Source: an uncultured delta proteobacterium
Lineage (GTDB): Bacteria > Desulfobacterota > Desulfuromonadia > Desulfuromonadales > JACZKF01
DNA length: 64,000 nucleotides
Direction: 5' to 3'
NCBI GenBank assembly: GCA_963816395.1
Contig: CAWFKQ010000016.1
Span: 640,001 to 704,000 of the forward strand
Part shown: positions 13,262 through 22,994 of the stretch, one piece after another
Position numbering within the stretch: the stretch's first letter is position 1
Layout of the letters: each line of letters opens with the position of its first letter
Notes under the pieces: generated by a model
What the model was told of the DNA's origin: nothing
The model's input: the letters and a program-made list of their open reading frames with translations, nothing else
Databases searched by the model: none
Translations under genes and position numbers: made by a program

Positions 13262-13358
13262 GGCCAATCTCCTTCCTGGAACATTTCGGCGGCAAAACCG
13301 GGCAAACCTTAGCACAGACGGGAACGGCAGACAATCCGGCATTAAGACAAAACCATGT

Positions 13359-13386
13359 TTGACAACAGTGGGAGCGGATTCATAAT
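13359..13386 (+). promoter_or_regulatory. Putative sigma70 promoter of the SPFH-AAA/Lon operon
   Basis: TTGACA-16 bp-CATAAT. Confidence 0.45.
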
Positions 13387-13631
13387 GGTGAACGCGCGGG
13401 ACCCGGATCCGCCGCCCGCAGGTAATGGCGCGCCATTTCGCAGCAATCTGGTAGAATTACATAAGTGACCAAAAAATCAGCTTTCCCAAAGCTGCACAAG
13501 GGAGTCCGATACCGGGCGTCGAGAAGAGAGAGGGCGCAGTCGGCAGACGAGCAGACGATGAAGGATGAGTGCGAATGCTGCAGAGAGGCGTTTTTCAGCA
13601 GTTTGCCAGTGGCTGTAAACGGAGGTGACCT

Positions 13632-14642
13632 GTGGAATCTGAACAACGGTATCGTCTGCTGCAGCGGGCACGCATCAATACCTTTTTTCGGCGCGGCTTT
13701 CTTGTCCTGCTCAGCGGCATCCTGCTCTTCTACGGGACGGCGCTGATCTATGCCACCAAGATCATCTACAAGGTGCGGCAGAATTATGCCGTGGTGCTGG
13801 AAGACCTCTCGGGCAACCGGCGGGTGGTGAAGGATATCGGCTGGCATATCCGACTGCCGTTCTTTACCCGGATCGAGCAGGAAGTGCCGCTGATGAACCA
13901 GGAGATGTTCCTGGGGGGGAAACCGGAAGCGCAGCGGATCATGTCCAATGGAAATGTCGCCCTGTGGACCAGTGCCATGCTCACCTATCGCATCGGTGAC
14001 CTGTACCGCTGGGGGATCGAGAACCAGACTCCGCAGATCCTGCTGCAGAACGATTTCGACGGCATCGTCAAGGACGTCATGCAGGGGCGGACGGTAGACG
14101 ATCTGATTTCCAAGCGGGAGGCGATCAAGGACGAGATCTTCCAGGACCTCAAGCGGCGCCCGATCAACGAGGGCGGCCCCACCCTGGAGCAGAAGTACGG
14201 TATCGAAGTGGTCTCCTTCGTCCTGCGCGATACCCGCTTCGGCGAGAAGCTGGCGGAGGCGAGTGAGGAGAAGAAGCGGCGCGAGCTGATCGCCGAGGCG
14301 GAGAATTATGCCGCCGACCTGGAGGCGAGCCGCACCCGCAAGCTGTATGCCGCCTACAGTGAAGCGATCCGCGATTTCCGCCGCTCACTGGCGCAGGGGC
14401 CGGCGAGCGACCGGGCTCTGTTCGATTTCCTCAACCAGCAGAAATGGGCGACCGCCTACGAGAAGAACCAGTCCGGGCAGAATACTTTCGTATTGAACAA
14501 CACCAACACTGCTCCATCCGTCGTTCTTCCTCCCCTAGCGGAGGGCGGCAGAAAGGAAGCTTCCCCAGCCAATGTCCAGGCCCCGGAAAACCCGAAGCCC
14601 AATTTACGTCCGCCTGTCGGAGAAACGCATAAGGCAGATTGA
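13632..14642 (+). CDS. SPFH (band 7/prohibitin/HflC-like) membrane protein
   Basis: N-terminal TM, VRQNYAVV...GWHIRLPFFTRI, KYGIEVVSFVLRD, coiled-coil EEKKRRELIAEAE. GGAGG RBS before GTG. Confidence 0.82.
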   Translation: MESEQRYRLLQRARINTFFRRGFLVLLSGILLFYGTALIYATKIIYKVRQNYAVVLEDLSGNRRVVKDIGWHIRLPFFTRIEQEVPLMNQEMFLGGKPEAQRIMSNGNVALWTSAMLTYRIGDLYRWGIENQTPQILLQNDFDGIVKDVMQGRTVDDLISKREAIKDEIFQDLKRRPINEGGPTLEQKYGIEVVSFVLRDTRFGEKLAEASEEKKRRELIAEAENYAADLEASRTRKLYAAYSEAIRDFRRSLAQGPASDRALFDFLNQQKWATAYEKNQSGQNTFVLNNTNTAPSVVLPPLAEGGRKEASPANVQAPENPKPNLRPPVGETHKAD

Positions 14643-17600
14643 AAATCTGGCAGCCGGCTGGAGCTTCGAAACGCGGCTGTTCGTTCTGCGCCGGTTGCGG
14701 CAGTACGATCCGCACCGTTCTCTGTTCGACTTTCTCACCGGCTGGCTGCGCGGGCTGTTCAAAACCGACGACCGAAGCTTCCAGTTCCTGCGCAACCCCG
14801 AACTGCTCAGCGACTGGCGCCGGCGCATCGAGGTTTCCGGCTCGCGCAATGCCGCGGCGACCTGGAACCGGATTCTCGGCCGTGAACTCAACTGGCACGA
14901 TTACCACTACCTGCGCTTTCTCCTTGAAGAGCAGACCTCGGACGTCTATGTCCCGCCGGGTTTCCTGGAGATCTTCCGCAAACTCTACCATGCCCATATC
15001 CTGAAGGAGTACACCGAGGATCCGGCGGTACCCCGGGCGCCGCTGGTGCTGGTGATCGGCAGCAGCGGCAGCGGCAAGAGCGCCACCGTCAAGCAGGCCC
15101 TGGAGGGGGCGGTGTTCGCCGCCGAAGTGCGGCCGGTCATCGACCTGCAGGCGAAGAAGAAGGAAATCCTGGCCCAGGAGCCTTTCTGGCGCAGCCTGGA
15201 GGAAGTCGACCCGGAACTGGCCCTGCGTATCGAGCGCCGGCGCAAGGCGGAGCGGCTGCGCTTCATCTCCCGCCTGCCGATCATCAAGTTCATTTTCCGC
15301 GAGCGGGTGGCGCACGCCCTCTCCACCCTGGAGGATGAGGGGGTGGTGGTGGATTACGCGATGATCACGCCGAACGACTACCAGACGGCCTGGGCGGGAG
15401 AGCCGGGCAACTTCCTGCGCAAGGCGATGGGGGAGCCGCGCCGCACCTGTATCCGCCATCTGGAGGAGGCGCATTCCGCCTTCGGCCGGCCCGACCAGAT
15501 GAGCAGCGTCAAGGGGCAGCAGAATACCCTGGTCGATGCCGCCAACATCATCCTCGACGAGATCGCCTACGGTCGCCGCGATTGTCTGCTGATCGCCACC
15601 ACCGATCAGCCCGAACAGTTCGACCCGGCCATTTACCGGCGTTTCGTCGAACGCGGGCTGATCATCGACATCAGCGAGCTGTGGGAGGAGCCGGCCAATC
15701 TGCGGGAAGTGGTGCGGATGGAATTGCGGCGCAAGAATCTGGCGACGCACACCGGCGGCAACGGGGAGTTGATGGATGCGGTGATCGATGCGGCGGTGAC
15801 GCGGCTCTACCCCATCTTCCGCGAGCGCAGCCTGCGCATCACGCCGGCCTATGTGCGCCGGCTGATCGATTCCCTGATCGCCATCAAGGGGGATTTCCGG
15901 GCCGAATACCTGGACGACCAGTTCCTGGTGCGCGACGCCCTCAAGTCGGTGGCCCGCAACGTCTACGGCTCTCTCTACAACAAGGTGGTGGGGCAGCTGG
16001 ACCGCGGCATCCGCTGGGAAGACTATATCGGCGGGATCAAGAACGAATTCTCCGAGATGGCCAACAACTCCCTCTTCTACAATATCAGCGAGGAGAAGGG
16101 GGTGGTGCTCGCCGGCCCCCCCGGCTCGGGCAAGACCTACATGGTGCGCGCCTGGCTGGGCGACAACCGGGAGGTGCAGGACCTGGCCGTCAACCTGGGC
16201 GATCTCGCCGATCCGGTGAACCCCCTCGAGGGGATGGTCGAGAACCTGGAGAAGGTCTACGACATCGCCAAGATGCTCTCCCCCAGCATGGTCTTTTTCG
16301 ATGAAGGGGACGCGGTGGCGCCGCGCCGTTCGGCCCAGGGAGGAAGCCCCTACGACAAGGTCACCAACAAATTTCTCTCCATCATCGATGGCGAGTCCCC
16401 TCTCTCGCGGGTCTTTACCGTTCTCACCACCAACCGGCTGGACATCCTCGATCCGGCCCTGATCCGCTCCAAGCGCCTGAAAGTCTTGAACGTCATGGGC
16501 AATATGCGGGATGAGGACGCGCTGCGCATCATGCGCAAGGAACTCGCCGGCATTCCTCTCGCCGATGATCTTACCTATGAGGAAATGACGCGCATGGCCC
16601 GCAGCCTGTGTGAGACTCCGGCCGATTTCACCGCCTTCGCCGAGAAGGTGCGCAGCCTGCGCTCCACCGAGGTGGAGGTGCTGGGCAAGCTGATGGAGGC
16701 GGTGCAGGGGACGGCGGAAGAGAGGGCCCGCTTCATCCGTTTCAACTACAAGATCCTGATTGGTCTGCTGGAGGGGATGGCCGGCGATCCGGCATTGGCG
16801 ATGCGGGCCAGGCTCGGCGAGGAGGCGCTCCTGTCCTGTCTCGACCAGGCCGCGGAACGGCTGCACAAAGTGCAGATCGATGGGAACTTTCCGCTGACCC
16901 GCTGGCACCTGCAGAGCGCTCGCCAGCAAATGGCCGGCAGCCCCACCCGCAAAGGAAAACAGCAGCTCGACCAGTTCCTGGAGACCGAGCTTTCCCGCGA
17001 GCCGCAGGTCGGCTTCGTGGTCGGGGTCGGGGCGAACGAGACCACCGGCGTGCTGCTGCCCATCGCCTCCTCCCTGGTATACCGGGTTTTCCCGGAAAAG
17101 ATCATGGTTACGGGTGCCGTTTCGACCACAGCTCCCGGCGCCGCCGAGCTCGACATGGCGGTGCAGATGACCAACCAGAGCGCCCGCGAGGCCATGACCC
17201 TGACCGAGAACTACCTGCAGGCCATCTGCCCGAATTTCAACGTTTCCCGCATCCTCGGCGACTTCCTCGAAGGCTATTCCCTGCACCACCAGCTGCTTTC
17301 CGCCTCTTACAGCACCGGCGGCCCCTCGGCCGGCTTCGCCCTGGCCATCAACACCCTGTCGGTGCTGCTCTGGCTGCCGGTGTTCAACGACTTCGGCATC
17401 ACCGGCGCTCCCTGGACCAAGGGGGCGCAGCGGGGCGAGGTGGGGGCGTCGGTCATTATCGGCGGCCACCGGAAGAAGACGGAAAAAGTCCTGCAGTACC
17501 TGTCCCGTATGTACATGCCGGTGCAGAACTTCCTCGACCTGGAACCGGAACTGCTGCAGGCCTACCGCATGGATGGGCGGGATATCCGCGGTGTGCGCAG

Positions 17601-17895
17601 TTTTTCGGCTCTGGTCCCGGAGGTGTTCTTCTTCGGTGAAAGGCATGCGCGGCTGCTCGCCGATTTCCTGCGCAAAAGGCGGGAATTCGACCTGCTCAAG
17701 GAGCACGATGAGTTCTCTTTTGGTGAATTGGCGCGGCTGGAGGCTGAGCTGCGCGCCCAGGCGGAAGAGGAAATCCGCCGGCGGATGGAGGCGATGCGGG
17801 TGCAGGTGGAGAACGGATTGCGCGATTATGGCAGTCTGGAAGAGCTCTTCAGGGCTCAGCCGCAGCTGGCTGAGCGCAAGGAGGGCGTGGTCTGA
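14572..17895 (+). CDS. Tandem AAA+ ATPase fused to a C-terminal Lon (S16)-like protease domain, 1107 aa
   Basis: AAA1: GSSGSGKS, IRHLEE, TTDQPEQFDPAIYRRF. AAA2: GPPGSGKT, VFFDEGD, TTNRLDILDPALIRSKR. Protease: GGPSAG...ITG...IGGHRKK...YMPVQN. Confidence 0.85.
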   Translation: MSRPRKTRSPIYVRLSEKRIRQIENLAAGWSFETRLFVLRRLRQYDPHRSLFDFLTGWLRGLFKTDDRSFQFLRNPELLSDWRRRIEVSGSRNAAATWNRILGRELNWHDYHYLRFLLEEQTSDVYVPPGFLEIFRKLYHAHILKEYTEDPAVPRAPLVLVIGSSGSGKSATVKQALEGAVFAAEVRPVIDLQAKKKEILAQEPFWRSLEEVDPELALRIERRRKAERLRFISRLPIIKFIFRERVAHALSTLEDEGVVVDYAMITPNDYQTAWAGEPGNFLRKAMGEPRRTCIRHLEEAHSAFGRPDQMSSVKGQQNTLVDAANIILDEIAYGRRDCLLIATTDQPEQFDPAIYRRFVERGLIIDISELWEEPANLREVVRMELRRKNLATHTGGNGELMDAVIDAAVTRLYPIFRERSLRITPAYVRRLIDSLIAIKGDFRAEYLDDQFLVRDALKSVARNVYGSLYNKVVGQLDRGIRWEDYIGGIKNEFSEMANNSLFYNISEEKGVVLAGPPGSGKTYMVRAWLGDNREVQDLAVNLGDLADPVNPLEGMVENLEKVYDIAKMLSPSMVFFDEGDAVAPRRSAQGGSPYDKVTNKFLSIIDGESPLSRVFTVLTTNRLDILDPALIRSKRLKVLNVMGNMRDEDALRIMRKELAGIPLADDLTYEEMTRMARSLCETPADFTAFAEKVRSLRSTEVEVLGKLMEAVQGTAEERARFIRFNYKILIGLLEGMAGDPALAMRARLGEEALLSCLDQAAERLHKVQIDGNFPLTRWHLQSARQQMAGSPTRKGKQQLDQFLETELSREPQVGFVVGVGANETTGVLLPIASSLVYRVFPEKIMVTGAVSTTAPGAAELDMAVQMTNQSAREAMTLTENYLQAICPNFNVSRILGDFLEGYSLHHQLLSASYSTGGPSAGFALAINTLSVLLWLPVFNDFGITGAPWTKGAQRGEVGASVIIGGHRKKTEKVLQYLSRMYMPVQNFLDLEPELLQAYRMDGRDIRGVRSFSALVPEVFFFGERHARLLADFLRKRREFDLLKEHDEFSFGELARLEAELRAQAEEEIRRRMEAMRVQVENGLRDYGSLEELFRAQPQLAERKEGVV

Positions 17896-18001
17896 ACGGT
17901 CCGGACGCGGCTGGGTCGGCGCGGCTCTTTACTTGACAGCGTCGCCGGGATATGGCAAATCTTTCTCTCCCGAGTAAAAATTCCATGCAAGGAGCACGTC
18001 C

Positions 18002-18442
18002 ATGGCCATGGTCAAATGGGATCCTCTGCGCGAGTTGCAGAGCATGCAGGAGGAGATGAACCGGCTGTTCGAACTCAGTCGGTCGCGCCTGCGGGGTGGA
18101 CCGCTGGAAGAAGGGCTCTGGCAGCCGCCGGTGGATATCTATGAAGATGACCAGGAAATAGTAGTGAAGATGGAAGCCCCTGAAGTGAAACTGGAGGATA
18201 TCACCATCAACATCGAGGATGAGCGCCTGATCATCGAGGGGGTAAGGCCCCTGGAATTCCGGGGGGAGCAGCTTCACTACCACCGCCTGGAGCGCAGCTA
18301 TGGCCATTTCCGCCGTTTGTTCGCCCTGCCGGCACCTATCGACCAGGATCGCCTGACGGCAAGCTGCGAGCACGGCGTGTTGAAGGTGATTCTGCCGAAG
18401 AAGAATCCCGGCGGGGGACTGATTGAAGAGCGGAAAGAATGA
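18002..18442 (+). CDS. Hsp20/alpha-crystallin small heat-shock protein
   Basis: WDPLRELQSMQEEMNRLF, PPVDIYE, ERSYGHFRR, GVLKVILPK. Confidence 0.93.
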   Translation: MAMVKWDPLRELQSMQEEMNRLFELSRSRLRGGPLEEGLWQPPVDIYEDDQEIVVKMEAPEVKLEDITINIEDERLIIEGVRPLEFRGEQLHYHRLERSYGHFRRLFALPAPIDQDRLTASCEHGVLKVILPKKNPGGGLIEERKE

Positions 18443-18502
18443 AGGCGGGGAAAAATCAGGATATTGATCGCCAAGGGGCGGCCGTTCGGCCGCCCCTTTG
18501 GT

Positions 18503-19645
18503 TTAACCTTTGGCCTGCTGCACCTCCAGCAGTTCCGGTTCGCCGCCGGCCGCCAGCATGTCCCTCTCCTTCCCCCGCAGGTAGAGGCTGCGGCTAGGGA
18601 AGGCGATCTCCATTTCCAGTTCTTCCAGGATGTCCATAATCGCCGTGCAGACCTCCTCCCGCGCCTGCAGGTATTCTCCCCAGACCGTGGTGCGGGTGAA
18701 GCAGTAGACCAGGATGTCGAGCGACGAGGCGGCGAAATCGGTGAAGTGGACCAGCATGAATTCCTGGTCGATAGCCGAATGTGCCTGCAGCATCTCCCGG
18801 ATGCGCGCCGTCGCCCGGCGCAGCTGCTCGGGGGTGGATTCGTAGGTCACCCCGACGGTCAGCTTGATGCGCCGTTTCGGCATCCGGCTGTAGTTGTTCA
18901 CCGCCATGTTGGTGATGACGCTGTTCGGGACGCTGATCAGGGTCTGGGCAAAGGTGCGGATCTTGGTCGAACGGAAGCCGACCTCCTCCACCGTTCCCTC
19001 CAGATCGCCGGCCTTGATCCAGTCGCCGAGACAGAAGGGGCGGTCGAGGATGATCATCAGCGAACCGAAGACATTGGCCAGGGTGTCCTTGGCCGCCAGG
19101 GCGACCGCCAGCCCGCCGATGCCGAGAGAGGCGAGCAGGCCGGAAATCGAGTAGCCGAGGTTCTGGATCGCCATGAGCACGGCGATGAAGATGATGAAGG
19201 CGCGCAGGCTCTTGCGCACGAAAGGGGCGAGGTGGTCGTCCAGCGTCGATTCGGTGCGGTTCACCCAGCGGGAGAGCCAGGCATCGATCAGCGAGACCAG
19301 GTTGAACAGCGCCCAGGCGACGTCGAAGGTGACCAGCGCCTTGAACAGGGCGTTGGCGAAGCGCCGCAGGTCGAGCGGCTCGGTCGGCAGCCGCAGGGCC
19401 TGCGCCGCCAGATAGAGGCCGATGATGATGACCAGCAGTTCGGCCGGTTTGCGGATCCCCTCGAGGAAGAGATCGTCGTAGCGGCTGGCCGTCTTCCGGA
19501 CAAAGGGGAAGAACACGTGGGTAAAGAGGTGGCCCAGGATCTTGCGCAGCACCAGGGCCGCCAGCAGCAGCAGGAAGGCGGCGGCAAAACGCCCCAGACT
19601 GATGCCGAGGAAGGTTTCGTTGAGCAGATGGGCAATATTTTCCAT
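18503..19645 (-). CDS. Small-conductance mechanosensitive channel (MscS family)
   Basis: LASLGIGGLAVALAAKDTLAN, DRPFCLGDWI, GTVEEVGFRSTKIRT, IAFPSR. Confidence 0.92.
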   Translation of the reverse strand: MENIAHLLNETFLGISLGRFAAAFLLLLAALVLRKILGHLFTHVFFPFVRKTASRYDDLFLEGIRKPAELLVIIIGLYLAAQALRLPTEPLDLRRFANALFKALVTFDVAWALFNLVSLIDAWLSRWVNRTESTLDDHLAPFVRKSLRAFIIFIAVLMAIQNLGYSISGLLASLGIGGLAVALAAKDTLANVFGSLMIILDRPFCLGDWIKAGDLEGTVEEVGFRSTKIRTFAQTLISVPNSVITNMAVNNYSRMPKRRIKLTVGVTYESTPEQLRRATARIREMLQAHSAIDQEFMLVHFTDFAASSLDILVYCFTRTTVWGEYLQAREEVCTAIMDILEELEMEIAFPSRSLYLRGKERDMLAAGGEPELLEVQQAKG

Positions 19646-19898
19646 GGGGGAGCCTCCGGTAAACTGCCTTCTCTTACCAGATGCGACCGGCGAATGCAAG
19701 GGGCAGAACCAGTAAACTATCAACGCAAAGACGCAAAGGGGTGAGCCAAGGCGCAAAGAAAAATCCCGGAATTGAATCGCTTTTGCGTTAGGAATGAAGG
19801 TTATGGGCAACCTCGTTCCGCTTGCAGCGAACTGGACGGGGGGGCGAGGTCTGGTAGAATTAATGCGATAACTCATGAGAAGAAGGAGAGATGCCGCC

Positions 19899-21836
19899 AT
19901 GGCCAAGAACCTGACCCAGAAAATCCTCGCTGCCCACCTGGTCTCCGGCCGCCTGGTGCCGGGGGAGGAGATCGCCGTCAAGATCGACCACACCCTGCTG
20001 CAGGACGCCACCGGCACCATGGCCATGCTGGAATTCGAGGCCCTCGGCCTCGACCGGGTCGAGGTCGGGCTGGCGGCGCAGTACGTCGACCATAACCTGC
20101 TGCAGACCGACAACAAGAACGCCGACGACCACGTCTACCTGCAGTCGGCCTGCGCCCGCTACGGCATACATTTCTCCCGGCCCGGCAACGGCGTCTCGCA
20201 CCAGGTGCACATGGAGCGCTTCGGCCGCCCGGGGCTGACCATGATCGGCGCCGACAGCCACACCCCGGGGGCGGCGGGGGTCTCCATGCTGGCCATCGGC
20301 GCCGGCGGGTTGGACGTGGCGCTCGCCATGGCCGGCCACCCCTACGCTTTCCCTTGCCCGAAGGTGCTCGGGGTGAAGCTGACCGGCGAGCTGCCGGAGT
20401 GGGTGAGCGCCAAGGACGTGATCCTGGAGATGCTGCGCCGCTATGACGTCAAGGGGTGCGTGGGGAAGATCGTCGAGTACTACGGGCCGGGGGTGAAGAC
20501 CCTCTCGGCCACCGACCGCGAGACGATCGGCAACATGGGCACCGAGCTGGGAGCGACCACCAGCATCTTCCCCTCTGACGAGCGCACCCGCGAATACCTG
20601 CAGGCGCAGGGGCGCGGCGACGCCTGGCGGGAGCTCTCGGCCGATGCGGGAGCCGAGTACGACGAGTACGACGAGATCGACCTCGCCAAGGTCGAGCCGC
20701 TGATCGCCTGCCCGACCTCCCCGGGGAACGTCAGGACGGTGCGCGAGGAGGCGGGGCTCAAGGTGGACCAGGTGATTGTCGGCTCGAGCGTCAACTCCTC
20801 CTTCCGCGACCTGATGGTGACGGCGAAGATCGCCGAGGGGCGCCATGCCCATCCGGCCACCTCCTTCCACATCAATCCCGGCAGCCGTCAGGTGCTGGAG
20901 AACGTCGCCGAAGCCGGCGGAGTGATGGCGCTGCTGCTGGCCGGCGCGCGCATCCACCAGTCGGGGTGTCTGGGATGCATCGGCATGGGGCAGGCGCCGG
21001 GGACGAATCAGGTGAGTTTGCGTACCTTCCCCCGCAACTTTCCCGGCCGCTCCGGCACCAAGGACGACCGGGTCTATCTCTGCTCGCCGGAGACGGCCGC
21101 GGCCGCCGCCCTCAAGGGGGTGATCACCGACCCGCGCGACCTGGGCAAGGAATTCCCCTATCCGAAGGTGCGCGACCCGGAGAAATATCTGGTCGACGAG
21201 GCCTCGATCATCTTCCCCTCGGAGGAGCTGCGCGGCACCGAGGTGGTGCGTGGACCGAACATCAAGAAGCTGCCCGACTTCGAGCCGCTTCCCGCCACTC
21301 TGGAAGGGGAGGTGGTGATCAAGGTCGGCGACAACATCTCCACCGACACCATCATGCCGGCCGGCAACAAGGTGCTGCCGCTGCGCTCCAACATCGAGGC
21401 GATCAGCGAGTTCGTTTACTATCAGATCGCCCCCGAGTTCTACCGGGAGTGCAAGGAGCGGGGAAATGTGGTGGTGATCGGCGGCGACAACTACGGCCAG
21501 GGCTCCAGCCGCGAGCACGCCGCCCTGGCGCCGCGCTACCTCGGCGTGCGGGCCAAGATCGTCAAGAGCTTCGCCCGCATCCACAAGGCCAACCTCTGCA
21601 ATTTCGGCATCCTGCCGCTGACCTTCAAGGACCCGGCGGACTACGACAAGTTCGACAAGGGGAAAAAGGTGGTCTTCCCCGACGTGCGCAAGCACCTGGA
21701 GGCTGGCGACAACGAGATCCCGGTGGAGGTCGACGGGCAGAAGATCGTCACCGTCCTGCAGGTCTCCGAGCGCCAGCGCCGGCACCTGATCGAAGGCGGG
21801 ACGCTCAATTTCGTCAAGCGGGAGCTGAAGAAGTAG
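19899..21836 (+). CDS. acn: Aconitate hydratase
   Basis: QDATGTMA, DHN, GADSHT, GCLGCIG, GDNISTDTI, NYGQGSSREHAA. Confidence 0.93.
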   Translation: MAKNLTQKILAAHLVSGRLVPGEEIAVKIDHTLLQDATGTMAMLEFEALGLDRVEVGLAAQYVDHNLLQTDNKNADDHVYLQSACARYGIHFSRPGNGVSHQVHMERFGRPGLTMIGADSHTPGAAGVSMLAIGAGGLDVALAMAGHPYAFPCPKVLGVKLTGELPEWVSAKDVILEMLRRYDVKGCVGKIVEYYGPGVKTLSATDRETIGNMGTELGATTSIFPSDERTREYLQAQGRGDAWRELSADAGAEYDEYDEIDLAKVEPLIACPTSPGNVRTVREEAGLKVDQVIVGSSVNSSFRDLMVTAKIAEGRHAHPATSFHINPGSRQVLENVAEAGGVMALLLAGARIHQSGCLGCIGMGQAPGTNQVSLRTFPRNFPGRSGTKDDRVYLCSPETAAAAALKGVITDPRDLGKEFPYPKVRDPEKYLVDEASIIFPSEELRGTEVVRGPNIKKLPDFEPLPATLEGEVVIKVGDNISTDTIMPAGNKVLPLRSNIEAISEFVYYQIAPEFYRECKERGNVVVIGGDNYGQGSSREHAALAPRYLGVRAKIVKSFARIHKANLCNFGILPLTFKDPADYDKFDKGKKVVFPDVRKHLEAGDNEIPVEVDGQKIVTVLQVSERQRRHLIEGGTLNFVKRELKK

Positions 21837-21858
21837 GCAGGGAAAAAGCCAGGCGACC

Positions 21859-21888
21859 AAAGGCGGGTCCTCGGACCCGCCTTTTTCT
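21859..21888 (+). terminator. Rho-independent terminator
   Basis: AAAGGCGGGTCC-TC-GGACCCGCCTTTTT after aconitase. Confidence 0.85.
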
Positions 21889-22137
21889 TGTGCTTCTCCT
21901 GGCGATCTCTTCCGTTTCCGCTTCCCCGCCACCGGCCTCACCTTCTCTGTTCATCCGGTCCGCTTCCTGCCGGCCTGGCCGCAAGGGAAGATCATGTTTC
22001 TTCGCTAGAATTCGATTGAACCCCCGCCTGCCAATCGGCTAGAATTCCCTCGTGGCCGCTTTTGTTTTCCTTTCCTTTTCGTCTCCTGGTCCCACCGGAA
22101 TGCCTTGAGCCGGCCTATGATTGCGGAGGTTTTTCCC

Positions 22138-22977
22138 TTGAACAGGATCTGCATTGTCACGCCAAGTTATCTGATCAAGAAAAAGAGTGAGTTTACCGAG
22201 GGGCTCAAGCAACTGGCGAAGCTGGGTTTTCATGTGATAAACCCGGAATTCCCGAAGGTGCTCCCCTCACCGGGAGAGAAGGCGGAGCAACTGCATGCGG
22301 CGTTTGCCGATCCGGCTGTAGATATCATCCTGGCCTTGCGCGGGGGCTACAGCGCGATGAAATCACTGCCCTATATCGACTTCGGGCTGATTAAAAAACA
22401 TCCCAAAACCATAGCCGGCTTCAGCGACCTGAGCGCACTGCTCAATCCCATCCATGAGCGCACGGGGCTGGTAACCTTGCATGCCCCGATGGTGATTAAT
22501 CTGGGCGCGCCGACGGCATTCACCCTTAAATCGTTTATGAACGCCGTAAAAGGCTACCCGGAGAAAAATCTCCTCAGAGGGGTCCCCATAAAGGTCTATA
22601 ACCCCGGCACTGCCACCGGCATTCTCAAGGGCGGCAATCTCATTACGCTCACCGCTCTGATCAATACCGACTGGGAGATCGACACGGACAATTCGATAAT
22701 CTTTCTTGAAGATGTCGATGAGAAGCTGCACGGAGTTGATCGTTGCCTGACTCAGTGGATTCTTTCCGACAAATTCAAAAATATCAAGGCTCTCATCCTT
22801 GGCGATTTCCGCGGGGTTAAAAGCAACCGGGTTTACGATGTCTTAGCTTCTCAGATCGAGTTGAAATTTCCGGTGATTCATTGTCCCTGTATCGGTCACG
22901 TCAGGAATAAAATAACTCTGCCGGTAGGTGCAGAAGTAGCGTTGGATACCGCCAGCAAAAAACTCTTATTAATTTAA
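22138..22977 (+). CDS. LD-carboxypeptidase (peptidase S66, LdcA-like)
   Basis: RGGYS, GFSDL (Ser), GGNL, FLEDVDE (Glu), IGH (His). GGAGGT RBS before TTG 22138. Confidence 0.88.
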   Translation: MNRICIVTPSYLIKKKSEFTEGLKQLAKLGFHVINPEFPKVLPSPGEKAEQLHAAFADPAVDIILALRGGYSAMKSLPYIDFGLIKKHPKTIAGFSDLSALLNPIHERTGLVTLHAPMVINLGAPTAFTLKSFMNAVKGYPEKNLLRGVPIKVYNPGTATGILKGGNLITLTALINTDWEIDTDNSIIFLEDVDEKLHGVDRCLTQWILSDKFKNIKALILGDFRGVKSNRVYDVLASQIELKFPVIHCPCIGHVRNKITLPVGAEVALDTASKKLLLI

Positions 22978-22994
22978 ATGGCTATAAGTGGGGA

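Noticed and set aside
14431..17706. 1091-aa minus-strand ORF
   Set aside because: Antisense shadow of the AAA/Lon gene in high-GC DNA; no motifs.
17900..18001. CIRCE element before hsp20
   Set aside because: No TTAGCACTC-N9-GAGTGCTAA; only a TTGACA -35-like box.
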